From Amphiscolops sp. MND2022 (Eukaryota): 64,000 nucleotides of DNA. Numbering within the stretch: position 1 is the first letter of the stretch; each line of letters begins with the position of its first letter. Location: contig OZ076409.1 of NCBI GenBank assembly GCA_964187785.1, positions 46,006,001 to 46,070,000 on the forward strand, in the 5' to 3' direction. Position numbers and translations under genes: made by a program. Positions 59,301-64,000 of this stretch are shown here, piece by piece. The notes under the pieces are model-generated. The model saw only the letters and a list, made by a program, of their open reading frames with translations. It did no database searches and was not told where the DNA came from.

Positions 59301-61367
59301 TTCTACTTCCTCCTCTGGTTCTTCGGCCTCAGCATTTGCATCTCGTGAATCATCAACTGGTTCTGTTGCAATGACCCCTTCTTGATCTTCCCCTTCTGAA
59401 GCAACAGACTCTTCTTCAGGTTCTTCCTCGGAATCAACATCACGTTCTAATTCCTCCTCTGGTTCTTCGGCCTCAGCATCTGCATCTCGTGAATCATCAA
59501 CTGGTTCTGTTGCAATGACCCCTTCTTGAGCTTCTCCTTCTGAAGCAACAGACTCTTCTTCAGGTTCTTCCTGGGAATCGACATCACGTTCTAATTCCTC
59601 CTCGGGTTCTTCGGCCTCAGCATCTGCATCTCGTGAATCATCAACTGATTCTGTTTCAATGACCCCTTCTTGAGCTTCTCCTTCTGAAGCAACAGACTCT
59701 TCTTCAGGTTCTTCCTCGGAATCAACATCACGTTCTAATTCCTCCTCTGGTTCTTCGGCCTCAGCATCTGCATCTCGTGAATCATCAACTGGTTCTGTTG
59801 CAATGACCCCTTCTTGAGCTTCTCCTTCTGAAGCAAAAGACTCTTCTTCAGGTTCTTCCTGGGAATCAACATCACGTTCTAATTCCTCCTCTGGTTCTTC
59901 GGCCTCAGCATCTGCATCTCGTGAATCATCAACCGATTCTGTTTCAGTGATCGGTTCTTGAACCTCTACGTCGGAAGCAGCAGACTCATCATGTGATTCA
60001 ACAACGGGCACTGGTTCAGTCTCAGTTTCATCCGATCGATAGGTTGAGGTAGAACGTTCTCCTTCAAGGGCTTCTTGTTGTTCAACTTGAGACTCCGTTC
60101 CAGTGTCTTCACGTTGATAGTTTGTAGTTTCTCCTTTTGCTTCTGGTGAAACATCAACAGCTTCGGTTTCACTATGGGGTTCAAGTTCAGCATTTCTTTC
60201 AGCAGTTTTATCTAGAGAAGATTCCATCAAATCAGCTGCAGGTTCTTCCGAAGCATAAGCCTCCACTTGATAACTGTCTAGATTATCTGAGGGCTCATCA
60301 TGCTCTGGTTCCTCTAGTTGATTTTGAGCCACAGCCATGTCTTCTCCAGGTTGGCACTCCAATTCGATGGAAGCGTTTGCATCCTTTTCTGCCATCTCTG
60401 CTGCAGTAGCTGGGTTTGATTCATCTTCGGCTGTGCTAGCTTGTTGAGGTTCAGCATTATCATCTGCAAAAGTTACAGATGTGTCGTCCTCATCATAGCC
60501 TTCAAGGTCTCCGGTTCTAATTTTGGTGTTGCAATCATCTTCAATTTCATCCTGAACTTCCTCCTTCTCAACGGATGGAAAGTCTGGGGTGGCAGTTTCT
60601 GCATTAGCACGAACATCTCTTTCAGACTCTTCACACAATTCATTTGCAGCACCAATTATTTCGGAATTCGATGTGTTTCGATTCTCTATATTATTGGACA
60701 CCGCGACTGCATGAATGGACTGACTTCTGTCCAAATCTTCTAATCTGTGATCTTCAGCTGAAATATCGCTCGGGGAACTTTCACACACAGACGAGTTTTT
60801 GTGTTCAGTAGCTGTTGAGATTTCATCCAAGCTCAGCATCGTATTTGAATCGGGGATATGAGACGCCACGTGTTCCCCCTGAGCATCTGGTGCACTGTTC
60901 TCTTTAGCTTCTGGATCCGCGGTATTCGCTGTTTCGAGGTTGGGATTGGAGTTTGCATTTTCTTCTGGTATAATTCCCAAGACACCAGTACAGAATTCAT
61001 CTACTTTCAAATCTTCTTCGTCGCTGTACTCATCAACTTTAAGCAACTGAATTTCTTCAGATAACTCATCGGCTGGGCTGTTACGAGAAGCATTTCCAGA
61101 TTCATGTTCTACTTCCAACGACGACGATGAAAGTAGCTCCAGTTTTTGATTTTTAGCAGCAGGATCGAAGTCTTGCTTCGTGTTGTTGTTGTTTTCGTTA
61201 GCTGATACACCATTGGTGTACTTTTGTTCCTCTTGGGTATGATTACCGTTAATTTTCAAAGCGTCGACGTCCCCTGAGAAATCGCTTTCTGCCATCTCAG
61301 GACTGCTTGGGTAAGAATGTATGTCGTTGATGTCTGTTGCAAGAGAATTGTCCAAATCAATGTAATT
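53385..61367 (-). CDS. Giant intrinsically disordered protein (~2640 aa): Glu/Pro-rich repeat body plus a basic K/S/T/A/P tail (MAP/futsch-like charge layout)
   Basis: One uninterrupted ~8-kb frame. A phase-0 acceptor CTAATATTGTTTAG| lies at 61367, and the first ATG (GAGATGG) is at 61295. Repeat length variants preserve the frame. Confidence 0.9.
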   Translation of the reverse strand, partial: NYIDLDNSLATDINDIHSYPSSPEMAESDFSGDVDALKINGNHTQEEQKYTNGVSANENNNNTKQDFDPAAKNQKLELLSSSSLEVEHESGNASRNSPADELSEEIQLLKVDEYSDEEDLKVDEFCTGVLGIIPEENANSNPNLETANTADPEAKENSAPDAQGEHVASHIPDSNTMLSLDEISTATEHKNSSVCESSPSDISAEDHRLEDLDRSQSIHAVAVSNNIENRNTSNSEIIGAANELCEESERDVRANAETATPDFPSVEKEEVQDEIEDDCNTKIRTGDLEGYDEDDTSVTFADDNAEPQQASTAEDESNPATAAEMAEKDANASIELECQPGEDMAVAQNQLEEPEHDEPSDNLDSYQVEAYASEEPAADLMESSLDKTAERNAELEPHSETEAVDVSPEAKGETTNYQREDTGTESQVEQQEALEGERSTSTYRSDETETEPVPVVESHDESAASDVEVQEPITETESVDDSRDADAEAEEPEEELERDVDSQEEPEEESFASEGEAQEGVIATEPVDDSRDADAEAEEPEEELERDVDSEEEPEEESVASEGEAQEGVIETESVDDSRDADAEAEEPEEELERDVDSQEEPEEESVASEGEAQEGVIATEPVDDSRDADAEAEEPEEELERDVDSEEEPEEESVASEGEDQEGVIATEPVDDSRDANAEAEEPEEEVEPDADLEEAPEEEPVASEGEDQEGVIATEPVDDSRDANAEAEEPEEEVEPDADLEEAPEEEPVASEGEDQEGVIATEPVDDSRDANAEAEESEEEVEPDADFEEAPEEEPVASEGEAQEPITGTEPAEDSRDAVAETERAVQSHDAPEIESAAQEAESHKLDTEKEPVDCSRESVEQSAPPKDKLEDALEAPVESHAEREVETVEAEQDKKEPSAEEKKVETVQTDSEAERQTTEPQSESKVGVTPETETEPELDEEVSTKQQIEFTELLLEPQATEIIAIETEPEKTHRTIPVEPQVEFTKAPIELETFEEATPEPEHEKTHTEDFSEAPVPESEKADVKATAESQVKSAKAAVESLVESTEAAVEPRVESTETVAIEPEPEKTDTQTPIEPQIESTETTAHETEPEKPQTESSFKSHFESNETSVPGLEPEKTDTEISNGTEVKYSNAPNEPEMETGAEAPVTVTEPEKVNTEPLSEPQLETTEDSVEPEVEPKEPEAHVTEAEEVDTKHLSEPQLQTTEIEPEVEAKEAEAPVTEPGQVDAEPLSEPQVDSTEDPGEPELESKETEAPVTEPEKVYTEPLSETPVESTDAPGEPEVESKEAEAPVTEPQKVDTEPLPEPQVESTEIEPEVEAKEAEAPVTEPEKVYTEPLSETPVESTDAPGEPEVESKEAEAPVTEPQKVDTEPLHEPQVESTEIEPEAEAKEAEAPVTEPEKVYTEPLSETPVESTDAPGEPEVESKEAEAPVTEPEKVDTEPLPEPQVESTEIEPEVEAKEAEAPVTEPEKVDTEPLSEPQVESTDAPGEPEVESKEAEAPITEPEKVDTEPLPEPQVESTEIEPEVEAKEAEAPVTEPEKVDTEPLSEPQVESTDAPGEPEVESKEAEAPVTEPEKVDTEPLSEPQLESTDAPGEPEVKSKEAEAPVTEPEKVDTEPLPEPQVESTEIEPEVEAKEVEAPVTEPEKVDTEPLSEPQVESTDAPGEPEVESKEAEAPVTEPEKVDTEPLSEPQVESTEIEPEVEAKEAEAPVTEPEKVGTQPLSEEQVESTEAPGEPEVESKEAEASVFEPEKVDTEPLPEPQVESTEIEPEVEAKEAEAPVTEPEKVYTEPLSEPQVESTDAPGEPEVESKEAEAPVTEPEKVDTEPLSEPQVESTEIEPEVEAKEAEAPVTEPEKVDTEPLSEPQVESTDAPGEPEVESKEAEAPVTEPEKVDTEPLPEPQVESTEIEPEVEAKEAEAPVTEPEKVDTEPLSEPQVESTDAPGEPEVESKEAEAPVTEPEKVDTEPLPEPQVESTEIEPEVEAKEVEAPVTEPEKVDTEPLSEPQVESTDAPGEPEVESKEAEAPVTEPEKVDTEPLSEPQVESTEIEPEVEAKEAEAPVTEPEKVGRQPLSEQQVESTEAPGEPEVESKEAEASVFEPEKVDTESPSERQMDSSEAHSEPQIESTEPLAPESEPQKADTEEAVVELHVEPSEAVASELEPEKLGPDSPAEPQLQPLEGAVAEQESKKPISDALVEPKVEFAEVAVEPDVSSKIAIPEKESETPDTEALIEKAKGSTKSLVDHGIPTSSDMESSLVSSNESGSEQKDMESSIEKSNESVSKASSDDVQKDVKPKKEVASKAGIKSASSGKTSPVVSKTANRTSLTSKAPAKAVSSTSSKPTAAAKSSVTKSTPTSAAKTSSSSTVKKTTPVISKPSSATTAKTSTTSIVAKTSTTAAKTSTTTTAVKTNTTTAKTSITAKPKPLLSNSTGNLSKKPVPTSDKKDETKNDSSAASPRRSSVTTGAQGKSNPDLRGSRGSVVASNAAKTATATKTPSPAARVAAKPESTSKTPASSDVKAKPTTKPVIKASITPTATKTVKTVSSTAAVPSKDTKTMIKKETASVQVKSSPVTAKPPTTATSKPVTTVKTTPGVSTVRASPSSSTAKPAAAKPAATKSSVSSGPISTKSSTVGATAAKRASVSSTASKPTLPPKAK
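55030..57900 (-). repeat. Coding tandem repeat: alternating 34- and 36-aa units (210-nt dimer), ~27 units
   Basis: EPEVESKEAEAPVTEPEKVDTEPLPEPQVESTEI and EPEVEAKEAEAPVTEPEKVDTEPLSEPQVESTDAPG. Confidence 0.95.
58907..59960 (-). repeat. Coding tandem repeat: 48-aa (144-nt) unit x ~7
   Basis: The anchor CATCTCGTGAATC recurs every 144 nt from 58907 to 59915. Confidence 0.95.
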
Positions 61368-62329
61368 CTAAACAATATTAGAGTTTGAAAAGACAAGTTA
61401 GTCAATCTACAACAATAACTTCCGAAAAATCAAACGAAATCAGGTAAAAACCCCAATTAAGTGTGCCAGGGTACTGATTTTCACAAAGATGCAATACATT
61501 CATTGTTGCACAACGAAGTGTAATCTCAACTACGTCAGATGGAACAAATCACTGTTTGCATTTTGGTCTCGATGATGGTCCTAAGAGTCTATATTCTTGC
61601 AAAATAAATAGGCAAGTTACAATTTCCAGGACTATTTAGTCTACGAACTTGATATTTGTCGGCCAATATTCAATTATCACATCATTGTGCACAAAGATCA
61701 TTATGCATAGATTGTCTCTGAGTATACTTTGATCTTTTCATGCACTGTCAACGCGGGTTCTAGTTTGGCTGGTGTGAGAATGCCAATAAAGGAACTGCCA
61801 CAAATGATTCATCAGGGATCAAAAGTAAAAGGAACGAACACTTAGGTTGACCTTTTCAAAAATGAAACGTCGAACAATTGAGTAATTTGACTAATTTCGA
61901 AAATGGACTCGGTTTTTTGTATTTCATAAAAAGTGCAGACTATAGTATGGCTTTTTCGTTAAAATGTACGAACTGATAGATTTTATAAATTTCACAAATT
62001 TTTATCAGATAAAAAGCTAGACCGCCAATTGATCGCCGTTAGTCTGTTGGATCTAGGATTTGATATCGCCCAGGAACAAACTTTCTCATCTTTTCAAATT
62101 GAACTGTACAAATAGCGTTTTCGGATAAAATAGGTCACTCCGGGGCTCAGTACTATTTCCGCTTTAATCTTTCACACAGAGGCGAAGCCGTGCTTCGCAA
62201 ACACTTGCGCAGAAGGTTGCGAACTTTTGAAGAAAACCAAATAAGCAAAATCATACGAAGAACCAAGTGTAAAATGACATTGTTAAAATTTCATCAATTT
62301 TCAGCGCCAATAAAATACCCGAAGGGATA

Positions 62330-62600
62330 CGCATAAATCTCGAAAACCATTCTTCCTCAACTGGAAACAGCAAAAAACCCATCTTTCTCAACCGGAAACA
62401 TTTTTTTTAAAAAAAAACAGAAAAATAAGGAAAAAAATCGAAATTTCTCGGAAAATTTTTTGAAGAAGGTCTCCGGTAAGTCGCATAGTGCCGAAAACCT
62501 TGAGCAGTCCTTTATGCTCGCAAAACGTTTCATTTTAAGTAAAAATTGAGGGGGCTTCGATGAAAACAGATTAGAAAAAAGTAGCATAGAAAAAACTTCG
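62330..62600 (-). mobile_element. Fragment of the HINE-like family, inverted
   Basis: AAGTCGCATAGTGCCGAAAA and CAACTGGAAACAGCAAAAA are reverse complements of the family's internal motifs. Confidence 0.6.
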
Positions 62601-63104
62601 GTCTTTAAAAAAAAACAAATTCGGATATAGCGTGCTGGGTCTCAGAAAACCTAATTTTAAGACAAAAATATTTTGAGTCTCAGCGAGTGCCGACTTTGAG
62701 CTGTTCTCGGCTTGCGTCTGTATTATTACAAGATGAGACAGAACACTTGTTATTACGTTTGCGACTAGAATATTTGACACTGCGACTTACCTGCAAATGG
62801 TAACAATTAGAGGTGTACCAGACAGTAAAATTTCCGTCCTACCGGACTGGATTGATTTACGCCGGATGCTGACCGTAGCGTTTGAAGACTGTTTTCAGAA
62901 TTGGACAAAATGTATGAAAACTATCATTCATTCATCATCCCTTGTTAGACTTTCATTTCCAGTCAAAAACGCATCCAGGAAAATGAATAGTCAGGTCAAA
63001 TAATGAGTCACTTAATAATCGATGCTTTCCATTGATGTAAAATTGATCATCGATCAACTCATACCTGGTCTGAGAAAGGTCTGAAGTCTGATGATTTGTA
63101 ATCA

Positions 63105-63792
63105 GAGTTGGTTGGAGCAGTGATCTCGAAGATTCCTTTAGGATCTTGGTTAATTCAGTGACCTCGATGATCTCACTAGGATCTAGGTTGGACCAGTGAT
63201 CTCGATCATCTCTCCAAAATCTCGGTGGTTGGATCAGTCACCTCGAAGATCCCTCCCAGATATTGGTCAAATCGATGATCTCGAAGATCCCTCCAAGATT
63301 TTGGTTGGATAAGTGATTTCGATGATCTCCCCAAAATCTTGGTTGGATCAGACACCTCGAGGATCTTGGTTGAATCACTGATTTCGAAGATCCTCTCAAG
63401 ATCTTGGTTGAATCAGTTTTCTCGAAGATCTCCGAGATCGTGGTTAAATCAGTGATCTCGAATATCCCTCCAGGATCTTTGTTGGATCAATGATCTCGAC
63501 GATCCCCCCGAGGATCTTGGTTGGATCAATGATCTCAAAGATCCCTCCAAGAGCTTAGTTGAATCACTGATCGCCAAGATCTTGGTTGAATCAGTTTACT
63601 CGAAGATCACTCCGAGATCGTGGGTGGATCAGTGACCTCGAAGATCCTCCCAGATCTTGGTTGGATCAATTATCTCGAAGATCCCTCCAAGATCTTGGTT
63701 GGATCGGCGATCTCCAAGGTCTCTCCAAGATCTCGAATGGATCACTGGTCTCGAGAATCCTCTGAAGATCATGGTTGGATCAGTGATCTCGG
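63105..63792. repeat. GATC-dense ~38-bp minisatellite
   Basis: Consensus approximately GATCTTGGTTGGATCAGTGATCTCGAAGATCCCTCCAA, ~18 degenerate units. Confidence 0.9.
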
Positions 63793-64000
63793 AGTAGGGT
63801 TGGCAAGGCTCCAGTACCGGTACAGTACCGGTACCGAAAAAGACAGTACCTGTACCAGTGTAGTTACCGCATGTATTAATTATAGCGTCATTTCTCAGAA
63901 ATGTAAACATCAATTTATACGTTCACTTACTGCCTAATTGGACAAGACCTAGTATTCATTATATTGTAAATGCGTTTTGCGTTATACGTTACGCAAATAA

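Noticed and set aside
62791..62900. Candidate upstream coding exon for the giant protein (CAG|GTAAGT donor)
   Set aside because: The phase-0 frame meets a stop 16 codons upstream and the longer open frame is phase 2. It could be a UTR exon, but this is not supportable.
63105..63792. CRISPR-like array
   Set aside because: No unique spacers, degenerate tandem units, eukaryotic context and no cas genes.

Overview
Repeat-rich eukaryotic, probably animal, genomic DNA; spliceosomal introns are present and I cannot assign the species. (1) 1-11.85 kb: a recent 5.19-kb tandem duplication containing a spliced, decayed hAT-transposase-like gene, an array of CRE palindromes, a small acidic ORF with a SUMO-interacting-like motif, and a Tc1 transposase relic. 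(2) 14.6-17.8 kb and 51-52.7 kb: non-autonomous Helentron-like (HINE/DINE-type) elements, some with tRNA B-box segments. (3) 18935-37545: an 18.6-kb minus-strand Ty3/Gypsy LTR retrotransposon, now decayed, with 729-bp LTRs about 3.4% divergent. It is the most unusual object in the window. Besides Gag-PR-RT-RH-IN it appears to carry a second degenerate protease-like module, a ~700-aa integrase tail (AT-hook, Cys cluster, two tandem OARD1/TARG1-like macrodomains) and a non-env ~1350-codon third ORF with an SGNH-like domain. Its tRNA-Arg-like PBS lies 15 nt from the LTR and the target-site match is only 3 bp. (4) 40160-45084: an intact 4-exon divergent class A GPCR of 321 aa. (5) 47.7-49.5 kb: tRNA-derived relics, including a fold-back SINE, and a DD34E Tc1 fragment. 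(6) 53385-61367: an ~8-kb exon encoding a ~2640-aa acidic repeat protein with a basic tail. (7) 63.1-63.8 kb: a GATC-dense ~38-bp satellite. All domain calls come from visual motif recognition, not database searches.
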